Origin: an uncultured virus (IMG/VR IMGVR_UViG_3300008111_000022)
Taxonomy: Duplodnaviria > Heunggongvirae > Uroviricota > Caudoviricetes
Reading direction: 5' to 3' (one strand)
Length of the DNA: 64,000 nt
IMG/VR virus record: IMGVR_UViG_3300008111_000022
Shown: one piece after another, positions 1 through 10,500 of the stretch
Layout of the letters: each line of letters starts with the position of its first letter
How positions within the stretch are numbered: the first letter of the stretch is position 1
Made by a program: the position numbers and the translations under genes
The notes under the pieces: generated by a model
Told to the model about the DNA's origin: nothing
Databases searched by the model: none
The model's input: only the letters and a program-made list of their open reading frames with translations

Positions 1-702
1 ACACCACACTCCTGGATTTGTATTTGAGTTCTCAAAAGTATGGGATACAACAGTCTCATTCTTCATCAACCAAGCAAATTCTACAATGCCAGCACCATAC
101 CATTCATAATTGATAGAAATCATTTGTTGTTTTGTTGGATCTGCAGTAACTCCAGTGTATCCATTACCATCAAACTTTTCACCATTCCAATCATCTCTGT
201 ATACTCTGGTTTCTGTAGTAATTCCACTTACAGTACTGCGAATTACATATGAGTATGTAAGTCCATCATTCTCAAAGAATGTCCCATTATAATCATCAAA
301 CAATCCAAATCTTCTACGAATACCTACCTGTGGAGTATCAAGACGAATTGCAAATGCAAGAGTTGCACCTCTACCAGGAATGTATCTCATCACATTCTTG
401 GTTTGGCGAATGATTTTGCTTCCTGTAGTGGAACCAACTTGCATGATTACATTACTGGCATTTACATTAAATGTTGCGGTTGCAATTCCAACTATTCTTT
501 CATCCCATACATCAGTCTCTTTACCATACTGAAAGGTGTTAAAGAATACTGTTTGATACGGAGCAACTTTGAGACGATTGTTATTGGTGAATTGAGGTCT
601 CCAGTCAGTCTGGTTTCCCCAGTGATCTGCGATATTATAAACCTCAAATAGACTTCTCTCCTGATCTAGAAAGTCTTGTGTTTTCTTATTCCACTGTGCC
701 AT
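1..702 (-). CDS. Conserved cyanophage protein, probably virion structural; runs off the window edge
   Basis: Not in the ORF track. ATG at 702 opens MAQWNKKTQDFLDQERSLFEVYNIADHWG...IRQTKNVMRYIPGRG; lies in the late module downstream of gp16. Confidence 0.7.
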   Translation of the reverse strand, partial: MAQWNKKTQDFLDQERSLFEVYNIADHWGNQTDWRPQFTNNNRLKVAPYQTVFFNTFQYGKETDVWDERIVGIATATFNVNASNVIMQVGSTTGSKIIRQTKNVMRYIPGRGATLAFAIRLDTPQVGIRRRFGLFDDYNGTFFENDGLTYSYVIRSTVSGITTETRVYRDDWNGEKFDGNGYTGVTADPTKQQMISINYEWYGAGIVEFAWLMKNETVVSHTFENSNTNPGVWC

Positions 703-704
703 AA

Positions 705-1019
705 TTAATCAGTCCAAGTTAGTCTTTCTGGTTGATATCTTTGTGAATTTTTGATTCTTAAAGAACTTTGAGATTGTGATGGATAGATGTTATGAACAAT
801 CGCACCAGGATATTCTCCTTGAAGTTGTTCTGCAAGAGCGTTCTTATCCATCATAGAACCTTCAACTTCCATACGATATAGTTTTCCTTCCCAAACTACA
901 TCAGCAAGGAAAGATTCTGTTGCTTGCTCTGGTTGAGATCCACCACTCATATAGAGATTTCCATTGAAATCTCCGGCGATATTGATGCTTTCTGATAAGA
1001 ATTGTTGAAAAGATTTCAT
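705..1019 (-). CDS. Hypothetical protein, candidate internal head protein
   Basis: N-terminus MKSFQQFLSE resembles the T4 capsid-targeting sequence (MKTYQEFIAE). Confidence 0.55.
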   Translation of the reverse strand: MKSFQQFLSESINIAGDFNGNLYMSGGSQPEQATESFLADVVWEGKLYRMEVEGSMMDKNALAEQLQGEYPGAIVHNIYPSQSQSSLRIKNSQRYQPERLTWTD

Positions 1020-1020
1020 T

Positions 1021-2559
1021 TTAGTTGCAGTTCCAACGACGGAGGGCTTTGTTGATTCTTGAATCTGGGTCTCTTGCAGTTTTTGCAGAAGTCAGTTTAG
1101 ACTTCATACCAGACATACGTGAACAGAATGATTTGCGTCTTGAGGCTCTTTTTCCAGTTGGATTTTTTTCAGTTACAGCAGTCTTAAGTTTAGAACCTGG
1201 ATTCTCACGACGATAAGCATTGACTGCCTTTTGACTTAATCCATCAGTTTTATCTTGGCGATTGACTTTTTGCCAATCTTCACCAAGTTCTTGTCTCCAA
1301 TCTGAATACTGCTCTGGAACACAATTGGGAACTAGTTTTTTGCCTTTCTTTTTTAGACCAACTTGATTATATCCTGTCCAACATGCTTCATCAACTTTAC
1401 CTTGTCCACTATCAAGATAATCTGCCGCAGTATCAATATAATCTGCTGCTTTTGTAATTTTTGATTGTACCCATGCTTCAAGACCACCTTCACCTTTACC
1501 CATTTTCTTCTTCAATCTTTTTGCAGCAGAAATAATCGTTGAGAGTTCCGAACGAGCCATTGAATACTCGTGATCCTTTTCTTCATTTGCTGGATGAACC
1601 TGAGCAACACTGAACTTCATTTGATTATCAGTTAAACCTTGTGCTGGTTGTGAGTATGCTTCCCAAAACTTAGGACCGTACTTACATTCTGACTGAGTTT
1701 CATTCTTCTCACATGCTGGGCAATATCGAATCATGTCCACCGATTCTGATTTATTTCCCCAATTAGCAGCACCAACTTTACGACACTTGACAAGTGCTCC
1801 TGATGCATATGCACTTGGCCAAACACTATATCTTGATTTTACTTTATTATAACAGGCATCTTTTTTTGCTTTTTTCTCTGCTTCTTGTAGATCAATTTCT
1901 TCTTTCATCTTCTTTTTTGGTTTATCTGTTGAAACATAAGTTGGTTTTGCAGCACCAGATTTTTGTTGCTGGCCAGGATCTGCTGCTTTTTTTCTTCTTG
2001 CTGCTGAAAGTCTTTCTGCCTTTGTCATGCTTGCTCTTTTTGCAGAAGACACGCATTTTGGAGTTCCTTCTCCTGGTTCATCACTTGCACATGTTCCACC
2101 AGTTACGACATTGACCCAACCAGGTTTTCCATCCTTTGATTTGGATTTTCCAAACCAATCACGAAGACCCTCTTCATTCATAGTTTCTTCATATGCCATA
2201 CCTCTTCTGGTATGCTTTAATTCACCTTTTTGTTTTGCCATTAGTTCTTTGGAATATTTTTGTGCTTTTACTGCACTTGAAACATTCTCATCTGGAGTTT
2301 TTTTCTTTGGATTGTCATATACATCAACATCTCCATCAGCATCTCTATCAACATATTGAACGGTTGAATGATGTACAAGATGCTTGAGTTGAAGATTAGG
2401 ATCTAATTGATGCTGTGATTTTTTTAAATGGGGTGTTTTATGGGTAAAAACAGCCTCATCAACTTTTTTGAGTTTACGTCCCTGACAATGGGCACGTTGA
2501 CTAAATCCTTTTGGATTATCACAATCAATTGATTTTTTATATTTTTCGGACCAACCCAT
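1021..2559 (-). CDS. Basic multi-module protein with DUF6321-like C-terminus; candidate processed head protein
   Basis: Lys/Arg-rich modules separated by Glu-rich linkers; C-terminus RRKSFCSRMSG...DPDSRINKALRRWNC; CTAAATA late-promoter-like site about 25 bp upstream. Confidence 0.55.
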   Translation of the reverse strand: MGWSEKYKKSIDCDNPKGFSQRAHCQGRKLKKVDEAVFTHKTPHLKKSQHQLDPNLQLKHLVHHSTVQYVDRDADGDVDVYDNPKKKTPDENVSSAVKAQKYSKELMAKQKGELKHTRRGMAYEETMNEEGLRDWFGKSKSKDGKPGWVNVVTGGTCASDEPGEGTPKCVSSAKRASMTKAERLSAARRKKAADPGQQQKSGAAKPTYVSTDKPKKKMKEEIDLQEAEKKAKKDACYNKVKSRYSVWPSAYASGALVKCRKVGAANWGNKSESVDMIRYCPACEKNETQSECKYGPKFWEAYSQPAQGLTDNQMKFSVAQVHPANEEKDHEYSMARSELSTIISAAKRLKKKMGKGEGGLEAWVQSKITKAADYIDTAADYLDSGQGKVDEACWTGYNQVGLKKKGKKLVPNCVPEQYSDWRQELGEDWQKVNRQDKTDGLSQKAVNAYRRENPGSKLKTAVTEKNPTGKRASRRKSFCSRMSGMKSKLTSAKTARDPDSRINKALRRWNCN

Positions 2560-2565
2560 TAGAAA

Positions 2566-2997
2566 CTAAGACTCTTCTTTATTATTTAGGAAACCCTGTT
2601 TCAACAATTTTGATAGTTCTGCTGTTGAACCTACGAATAAAGCATTATTAGTGACATTATTTGTAGTTTTTGGTGAGTCTTCTTCAACATCTTTTAATTT
2701 CTTCTGAAGATCAATTAACTTATCGGTCGTATCAGCAACACTTTTGATCAATTGACCTGCAACTTCATAGGCTCTTGGACTTCCCCCTTCACCGGCAAGT
2801 TCCATGATACCATTAATTGCCTCTTGCCCTTTTTCAATTAATGAATATAAATTTGCACGAGTATATTCGTAATCTTTTTGGATATCATCATTTTTTATAT
2901 TTAAAATTGGTTTATTTATCTCTGAAGGTGCTTTTTCAACTTCTATGATAGAACTTTCAATATTCAATGCTTTATCCAAATCTTCATAATTTGCCAT
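2566..2997 (-). CDS. gp16: Terminase small subunit gp16
   Basis: DYEYTRANLYSLIEKG...PRAYEVAGQLIK...NNALFVGSTAEL motifs; follows gp15. Confidence 0.9.
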   Translation of the reverse strand: MANYEDLDKALNIESSIIEVEKAPSEINKPILNIKNDDIQKDYEYTRANLYSLIEKGQEAINGIMELAGEGGSPRAYEVAGQLIKSVADTTDKLIDLQKKLKDVEEDSPKTTNNVTNNALFVGSTAELSKLLKQGFLNNKEES

Positions 2998-3002
2998 AAT
3001 TT

Positions 3003-3851
3003 TTAATAATCAGTTTGTCTTGGTTGACTATATGTTTTAGTATCCAATAAATCTTGCCACGACTCATTAAAACCAAAATCATCATCTGCTTCTACGAATG
3101 GATCATCCGATGATGTGATTGCACCATCGTTGTTATAATCCTGTTTTGCTTTTGGTGTAGCAACATATCTTACTTCTCTCGTTGCAGTTGCTATATTAGT
3201 GCTGGTTGCCATGTCAACCTGAACTTTTTTAATCAGTCCATCAGTATTGTCTGCTATTGCACCGAAGAGATATGTTTTTACTGTAAATTGTAATGTGTAT
3301 ATCAATGCTCTTCTGGTTGAAAAATCACCCTCATAATCATCTTGAAAACTGATACTATCTAAAACTACGGGTATATCTCTTTTTTCACCAATAGAATCCA
3401 CAAGATCTAATGTAATTGTAAATGATGGTTGAAAATATGGTAATATTTGTTCTACTATTTGCAAGGCATCATCATTTAATTTTGAAAGAATATTAAGTTC
3501 AAAACCAATGTTATATGGCACTGGCATAAAAACTTTTTTCACTTTATTATTGCTTTCATCAACTGCTTTAAAAGTTTGTGTTACTGTAGTTTTTCTTGTA
3601 GGATCATATGAAATACTATTATGCTCAAATGACATTCTAGGCAATGTGATTTGATATGGTCGGTTCAAATCTTTTTGTTCTGTAATTCTTGCTAGAAATT
3701 TTTGAGCTGGTCCATAATTCAGAGGAACTCTAAGAACACTTAGAACATCAGAATTTTCATCTTTATGTTTGATATGAATATCATTAAATAAAGTACCAAA
3801 ACCAATAATGGTTTTTCTAATAATTTCGTGATAGTAATAATTTCCAAGCAT
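3003..3851 (-). CDS. gp15: Tail sheath stabilizer / completion protein gp15
   Basis: MLGNYYYHEIIRKTIIGFGTLFN, LPRMSFE, PVPYNIGFEL, QILPYFQP; synteny 13-14-15-16. Confidence 0.92.
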   Translation of the reverse strand: MLGNYYYHEIIRKTIIGFGTLFNDIHIKHKDENSDVLSVLRVPLNYGPAQKFLARITEQKDLNRPYQITLPRMSFEHNSISYDPTRKTTVTQTFKAVDESNNKVKKVFMPVPYNIGFELNILSKLNDDALQIVEQILPYFQPSFTITLDLVDSIGEKRDIPVVLDSISFQDDYEGDFSTRRALIYTLQFTVKTYLFGAIADNTDGLIKKVQVDMATSTNIATATREVRYVATPKAKQDYNNDGAITSSDDPFVEADDDFGFNESWQDLLDTKTYSQPRQTDY

Positions 3852-5314
3852 TAATAGACACCAAATGGATTATCTTGACTAAAATCTATAATATCTATAC
3901 CCTCATTCTCAATTTCGTCATTTTGTGCATATGGATCTTCTGTAATAAAGGTATCATACTTCTTAACAGTCCATAGAGCACTAGATGCCGCTCCAACAAT
4001 TGACTCACCTTTTATAAAATCACCTGATATAATAGAAATTAATAATTGTTTATTATTTATGTTCCAATTCTTAACCCTAGCTTTCGCACCAGAAATAGAT
4101 CCAGTAACAATTTCATTATCTTGAAATGTTCCTATACCAGTATTATTTACTATTGCGGATGGTGATGAAACAGTAATAGATGGATCAACAACTCTATTTA
4201 AATCGTCATATTGAATTGAATATCCACTACCTGCATTTCTTATACCAAAAGTTAAAATACCAGAGACTGAATCTTTTATATTTGCAACTATAATTGCACT
4301 AGTTGAACCAATACCTGTTGGTGTCTGATTAATTGTAATAGTTGGAATTGTAAAATACCCTAAACCTTGATTTATAGCAGTAAGAGACTTTATTCCTACC
4401 CCACCAGAAGTATTAATCATACAAGTAGCAGCTGCCCCAGATCCACCTCCACCAATAAAAGTCAATATTGGTGCTTCAGTATAACCATAACCAGTATTTG
4501 TAATTAAAACTTCCTTAATAGAATGTGCATCTCCAACTGAAGTTGTGATTGCAACTGCTCTTGCATTAGCGCTTGATAATCCAATTGGAGATGTTGAAAT
4601 TGAAACTACAGGTGGATTGATATAACCATTTCCATCATGATTTAAAATTATACGTTGTACATACCCAGTTTGTGTTGCCTGTGCAACTTTTAGAGTAGCA
4701 TTTTGTGCATCATCATAATCAATGAGATATAATGTAGCAGTAACATCCTTAATAAGTTCATCAACTTCATCAACCGTAGTATCCATAATCTCATCTTCAT
4801 ATTCAAATAGTTCACAAACTAATTCATAAACATAAAGTTTTCCTAGTTGATAAAAAGGTTTTTCATGCTCAACAAATTTAACTTCAAATAATCTTTGACC
4901 CAATGGAAAATAAATTAAATCACCCTCTCTTGGTCTAGTTACAAGTTCTACTTCATTTGGGTCATTGTAAATTAAGTTTGGGTTATAAATTGAAGTTAAG
5001 ATTGGTGCAATAAATTCTTCAAATCTTTCTTTTGAAATTGTAAGAGTTACTTCATCACGCAAAGAAACCCCAAATTTTGTCATAATATCACCGGCACCAG
5101 CATATCCTTCATAGTTATTGACATATGCTTCAATAATAAAATTGTCATCAAATTTTGATGATTGTATTTCTTTGAATACGTTATCCGATCTTAATATTTT
5201 TCTTGGGATATACATAACGTCAATTCCATATATCCTCAACTGTTCATTTATTAGATCTTGAATTAAGTTTTGTTCAGTTGATGAACCATTTAAAAAGAAA
5301 GGATTAAGTGCCAT
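3851..5314 (-). CDS. gp14: Neck protein gp14 with extended C-terminal region
   Basis: EQNLIQDLINEQLRIYG, RPREGDLIYFP, LFEVKFVEHEKPFYQLGK, C-terminal FSQDNPFG. Confidence 0.9.
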   Translation of the reverse strand: MALNPFFLNGSSTEQNLIQDLINEQLRIYGIDVMYIPRKILRSDNVFKEIQSSKFDDNFIIEAYVNNYEGYAGAGDIMTKFGVSLRDEVTLTISKERFEEFIAPILTSIYNPNLIYNDPNEVELVTRPREGDLIYFPLGQRLFEVKFVEHEKPFYQLGKLYVYELVCELFEYEDEIMDTTVDEVDELIKDVTATLYLIDYDDAQNATLKVAQATQTGYVQRIILNHDGNGYINPPVVSISTSPIGLSSANARAVAITTSVGDAHSIKEVLITNTGYGYTEAPILTFIGGGGSGAAATCMINTSGGVGIKSLTAINQGLGYFTIPTITINQTPTGIGSTSAIIVANIKDSVSGILTFGIRNAGSGYSIQYDDLNRVVDPSITVSSPSAIVNNTGIGTFQDNEIVTGSISGAKARVKNWNINNKQLLISIISGDFIKGESIVGAASSALWTVKKYDTFITEDPYAQNDEIENEGIDIIDFSQDNPFGVY

Positions 5315-5321
5315 ATTAAGA

Positions 5322-6164
5322 TCATCCTATCATATCTAATGGTGGTAGTTCATATTCAAGTGCCATTCTTTGTTTAATATCTTCTAAATCTCTCTGTGCA
5401 TCGTCGTAAATTTGTCTTCCATTGAGTTCTATACCACCAGGAAGTTTTACCCCCTGGAATTTAATCAAGTTCTGTCCCCACTGTCTTTTTATGAGTGCAG
5501 TTAGATATTTTTTTAAGAAACTGTCATTATAAACCTTAGTAAAGGTATTTGGATCTAAAATTCTGTAGCATTCAATAACAATATAAGTATCTTTTGTTTG
5601 TGATCCCCAATCAATATCCAGATAAAGTCTATTTTGTCTCTTGTTGAATCTTATTTGTTTATCTGTAGTAAGTAAAAAGTCAATATCTTCTAAGTAACTT
5701 TTTACCATTGCATATTGCAAAAGTTCAACAGAATTAAAATAATATAAGTCATTTAAAAATAATTGATATTTGATACTCCACATTCCACCAGAAATAGAAC
5801 TAGTATCAAATTTAAATATCTTTTCTATTCCAATGACAGAATCTGGGACTTGTATATAATTAGAAGCTTCGTAAAAATTAAATGTAGTTGTACCAATACC
5901 AGCAATGTTGGAAGAACCTGTCGTAGTTGTAACACCAACTCCACCAGGAAGAGTACCTTTACCTTTATTGAGATCTTGCTCAGTAAATTTGTACTTTAAG
6001 TACATTTTTTCAATACCATCAAAATGACGTTCTTGAAAGTATTGAAGAGCATCATCTACTAAATCATCTAATTGTTCTTCGGCAACGTTAATTTCAATAA
6101 CTGGTTCACCAAGTTGTCTTAAACAATAATCAATTAATTCTTGTCTTGAAGCTGGTTTTGACAT
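5322..6164 (-). CDS. gp13: Neck protein gp13
   Basis: SRQELIDYCLRQLGEPVIEINV, KRQWGQNLIKFQGVKLPGGIELNG. Confidence 0.92.
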   Translation of the reverse strand: MSKPASRQELIDYCLRQLGEPVIEINVAEEQLDDLVDDALQYFQERHFDGIEKMYLKYKFTEQDLNKGKGTLPGGVGVTTTTGSSNIAGIGTTTFNFYEASNYIQVPDSVIGIEKIFKFDTSSISGGMWSIKYQLFLNDLYYFNSVELLQYAMVKSYLEDIDFLLTTDKQIRFNKRQNRLYLDIDWGSQTKDTYIVIECYRILDPNTFTKVYNDSFLKKYLTALIKRQWGQNLIKFQGVKLPGGIELNGRQIYDDAQRDLEDIKQRMALEYELPPLDMIG

Positions 6165-6754
6165 CAGTAGAATCCTCCATCGATACTGTCAGTCCAAACA
6201 GGTACATTATTTGCATTAGTGGTTAGTAATAAATTTGTAGTTTGAATTCCCACCGATGGGGTTGCAGTCGCAATAACTTCAGCATTAGGACCAAAATATG
6301 CAATACCGTAAGTTTTTCCAACCCCTGCTTGTAATGTTGTAATTCCTGTTAATGAAAAATCAACAACATTAATTGAACCCCATCTTTGTGATGGGGTTCC
6401 CAGACTATAAGTATTATCAATATTTGGTACAATATTGGAATTTACTTCTCCAGAAAATACAACATTATCTGTTGTTGAATTTCCAAGACCAATAGTGCCA
6501 CCATAAAAAATTGCATTACCTACAAACGTAGACGTTCCTTCAACCTGAATATTTTGGTCAAAATAAACATTATCGTAGAATGTACTTATGCCCAAAAATT
6601 CAGATGGACCGTCAACAGATAATGAACTAGATGTTACACTACCTCCTACAACATTAGTGGCATTAACTGCTAGATATGGAATATCTGGAGCACCAAATGC
6701 TGTGATAACTTTTATTCTGTTTTCTTGTCCGATTCTTACTGGTATTCGGGGCAT
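6164..6754 (-). CDS. Virion structural protein (fibre/collar-like)
   Basis: Beta-rich composition, TYSLGTPSQRW repeat-type motif, ends IDGGFY; lies within the virion module. Confidence 0.55.
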   Translation of the reverse strand: MPRIPVRIGQENRIKVITAFGAPDIPYLAVNATNVVGGSVTSSSLSVDGPSEFLGISTFYDNVYFDQNIQVEGTSTFVGNAIFYGGTIGLGNSTTDNVVFSGEVNSNIVPNIDNTYSLGTPSQRWGSINVVDFSLTGITTLQAGVGKTYGIAYFGPNAEVIATATPSVGIQTTNLLLTTNANNVPVWTDSIDGGFY

Positions 6755-7092
6755 TAGTAAGTTACTCCTTTTCTTACAAATACCATTCCTTCAACGACCT
6801 TGGTTTTTTTGGAACCATCATCTAAAACTACATCATAAACGTATCTACCTTCTTTCAATGCTGCAGTTTGTTGTTGAGTCAAACTGATTTGAAGTATCCC
6901 TGCACTAGGGACTACAAAAGTTACAGCAAATCCAACTTTTGTTGCACTATATGGATGCTTAGATAATTTAGCAGCAGCGGTATATCCACTGAGATTTAAA
7001 GCACTATTACCAGAACTACTAGCTAAGGTAAAAACTTGATCAAAGTCTACTCCTGTATTAATGATTAAATTGTTAACATAAACAGCAGACAT
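6754..7092 (-). CDS. Small virion adaptor protein (BppU-like Ig fold)
   Basis: LNLSGYT...GRYVYDVVL...KVVEGMVFV pattern; late-promoter-like site upstream. Confidence 0.6.
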   Translation of the reverse strand: MSAVYVNNLIINTGVDFDQVFTLASSSGNSALNLSGYTAAAKLSKHPYSATKVGFAVTFVVPSAGILQISLTQQQTAALKEGRYVYDVVLDDGSKKTKVVEGMVFVRKGVTY

Positions 7093-7114
7093 CTGAATAT
7101 TCTGTTATTTAAAC

Positions 7115-7122
7115 TATTTATG
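7115..7122 (-). promoter_or_regulatory. T4-type late promoter variant (CATAAATA)
   Basis: One mismatch to TATAAATA, 22 bp upstream of the ORF starting at 7092. Confidence 0.55.
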
Positions 7123-7139
7123 AATGCTATAGATTATGT

Positions 7140-7322
7140 TTATTTAAACTTAGAACCTTCTAAATCTGCTAAAACTTCTTGTTGCTTCATGTACAACTTA
7201 ATATATGATTTAGTCAGATTGCGAAGTTTATTTAAATCTTCACATTCATCAATTTCTCTACTGAGTTTCTCATATTCAAATAATTTATTCATATCACTTA
7301 AACTAATTTTACTTGGATCCAT
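7140..7322 (-). CDS. Conserved small hypothetical protein
   Basis: 60-aa ORF overlapping its neighbour in the late operon. Confidence 0.65.
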   Translation of the reverse strand: MDPSKISLSDMNKLFEYEKLSREIDECEDLNKLRNLTKSYIKLYMKQQEVLADLEGSKFK

Positions 7323-7509
7323 TTAAAATCTCCTTTAATAATGATTTAATTTCATCAATATCTTTTTTCATTTCATTGATTTCTCTTTTTTGAAATTCTC
7401 TTTGATTGATTGAATTTACATATTGGTCATATGCTGTAGAATCGCAATTAATTATAGCACCACTATTTTCATCACGATATAAATTTTGATACCCTTCTAC
7501 CTTAATCAT
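7309..7509 (-). CDS. Conserved small hypothetical protein (coiled-coil C-terminus)
   Basis: IKVEGYQNLYRDENSGAIIN; abuts the stop codon of the 2481-aa gene. Confidence 0.7.
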   Translation of the reverse strand: MIKVEGYQNLYRDENSGAIINCDSTAYDQYVNSINQREFQKREINEMKKDIDEIKSLLKEILNGSK

Positions 7510-10500
7510 TTATCGAATTGCTAATGTTCTTAAACTCTTAATTCTAGGTGCTCTAGATTGATCTGTACCAGACATAACTATTTTAATTGTGTATCCAACA
7601 AAAAGATCCAGATTGTCTGCAGTAAATTCATATTCCAAGAATTCATTATCTAAACTTGGTTGTACATATCTATCTGGTCTGCCCGTATTCTTAGAAGAGT
7701 CGAGAACGAGGAATCCTTGATCCGATACAGATCTTAGATTATCATATCCAGGGAATAGTTCAAAAGTTTGAGGAATACCATCAGAATCTGCTCTGATCAA
7801 ACTGTAAAGAACTCTAAAATCAGCTGATGCATGTCTATATGCACTTAAAATCACTTTCAATGTTGTTGCTGGTTGTGCTAGATTAACAGTATTTGATACA
7901 TAAACTGCAGCATGAGGGTCATTATTGATTGAATTAACCCTATTGTCTGTTACATAATTTGTAATCGGTACGTTTAATCTACTACATCTAAACTCTGTAA
8001 TTGCATTATCTAGATAAATTATTGGAGATAAATTAGAATTTTGTGTATTTAAAGTTATACCCGTTACAAAAGATTTGTTTCTCAATAGTTTAGCTAAACC
8101 GGGTTGATTTTTCTCATTAATCTCTGAAGCCACTATTCTCATTGATCCTAACGTATTGACAGCATTTAGTTGAACCGGTTCGGAAACTTGCTCAACGAAT
8201 GCATTTTCTGTTCCATTTGCACTTCTACCACTTACAGTTCTAATGAAAGCATTTACAGATGTGTCAGCTCCTGGTGTCAATAGATCATATGATGGAACCA
8301 GACTACTATAATTAATATTTTCAGATGCTTCTACTTTTGATCCACCATAAGAAGATTCATCAATAAATGACAACTCTGGAGCAGATGTTGTTGAACCGTC
8401 AGAAGATCTATTAGCACCATTTCCAGTTCTAGAAACTTCTATATGGTAGTTATCAATTCCAATTCCAGTTAAACTCATATCATGATCTTTATTGATTCTT
8501 CGTAAAGATACTCCATTTAGTTCGTATTTGTAAACTAAACTATCTTTATCATGTAAGGTAATTAAAGATTGATCAATACCTCTTCCACTTGGTGAATTTG
8601 AAATAGTCAAGGATCCATTTCCAACTGCAGAATAACCTATAATCTCCTGACCAACCAAGATATAACCAGTATTTCCTGCTCCAACAGGAATACCTTCAAA
8701 GGTAGTAAATATCGATGTGTTTGCAACACTGACAGTATTACTTTCACTAATAGAAAGTTCCGCACTTAATGAAGTTGGTGAGTAACTAGATTCTACGTTT
8801 GCAATTCTAACTTTATCAATACCAGAATACATTCCATGATCAAAATGTTCTAGTCTAAAGTAATTGCCAGAATTAACACCACCATCAGGGACAAAACTTC
8901 TTATAGTTGTTGTTGCTAGTGAAACTATGGTTGAGGACGGGAAGTTATCTGGATAGAAACTTACTCCAGCACCAACTCCAAAAGAACTAGACTCTCCTTG
9001 TATACCAGATAGGTATAAAGTATCCACTCCAGAGATGGATGAAATTGATACTCTTGCATCTCTACCCAAAGTCGTTACAATACCAACAACATCACCTATC
9101 TTGTAACCAGTACCTGTTGCGGTAGTTGCTGCAATACCCGTAATTGCACCACTAGAGTTTGTTGTTACAGTGAGTTTTAGACCAGATCCACGACCGATAA
9201 TATTAGTTGTATCTAAATTAATCAATGTTGAACTTGCTGGGTAATTTGTACCACCACTTGTAATCACTGTTTGTGTTACTGAGCACCCAACTCCAACGAT
9301 ATAACCATAAGTATTCGGTTTTGTTCCTGAAATTTTTCTACCGACTTTTAAAATGTCATTGACTAGAGTTGCGTTTGATGCCGTTAAAACAGTAGAAATT
9401 CCAAGAGTTGCAGTTTTTGGTAATGTTCTAATTGGATTATTATTTAACCTTGCAATATAACCATTGCTCTGATTTAGAGGTGGAGTAGTAAAGAATGCGG
9501 TACCAGTTTCTGCTGTAAACTTAGCTTTATATAATTTAAACTTAAGATCTTGATATTGATTAGCAGTCCAAATAGATCCATTCTGTGATTTAAACAGACT
9601 TCCCATTGAGAACTGCTTAGAGTAGATTACAGATTCTGTAATTGGTAGTGATTGGGTTTTCTTGCTAGCTTCACCCATTGTTGCAATCCACATTTCATAT
9701 TTGTCACTATGTGCAGATATAACTACAACCGCATATTCATTGTTGGGTGCCAAATAGATTGGTTCTGGGAAAGTTACCTTTGTTTCTATTTCACCATCAT
9801 CTGAAATTAGAATATCAGATGGTCTTAAAGTTACTGATTTACCCAAAACAATTCTAGTTGGGGTACCTAAATCAACCGTTCTAATTTCAACTCTTACTGG
9901 AGCATTTCCATCATCTTTCTTAGCAAAGAACAATCCAACAGAAGTTAAAAATGCACCATTGATATCATCAATACTATCATTTTCTCCTGGTGCTTCTACA
10001 CTTCCACCCACTGTAAATGATTGTGCTAATGGATCAAAGAATTGTGCAACAGTATTTTGGGTATTTCTTGTAATTGTTGTTAGATTTGTAGTTAGACTTA
10101 GATTTAAGTTTGTAACAGTTTGAGTGGTTAAATTATTTGTAATAGCAGTTACTTCATTTTCCCATTGATTTAATGTACCATCAGAACTATATGCAACTTC
10201 TGCAAAAGAAATTGAATTACTTCCTGGGATTCCCAATTCATTAGTTGGGCTAGAAGTAAGTTTAAATGTTTTAGTTCCTGTTGGAATTCTTACTGTAGGA
10301 ACTGGTGTACTATTTGGATCTCTCAAGAAGAAAGTACCGATTAAGTCACCATAGTTATCAGATACTAATCTGAGATCTTTTACATATGCTATAGCACCAC
10401 TAGTTTGACCAATCAATAACATACCTTTGGTTAAATAACCAGTATATCTTCCTTGTGCCTCTTCTGCCAATGAATTTGTATCTATATTCAATACTTTTGT

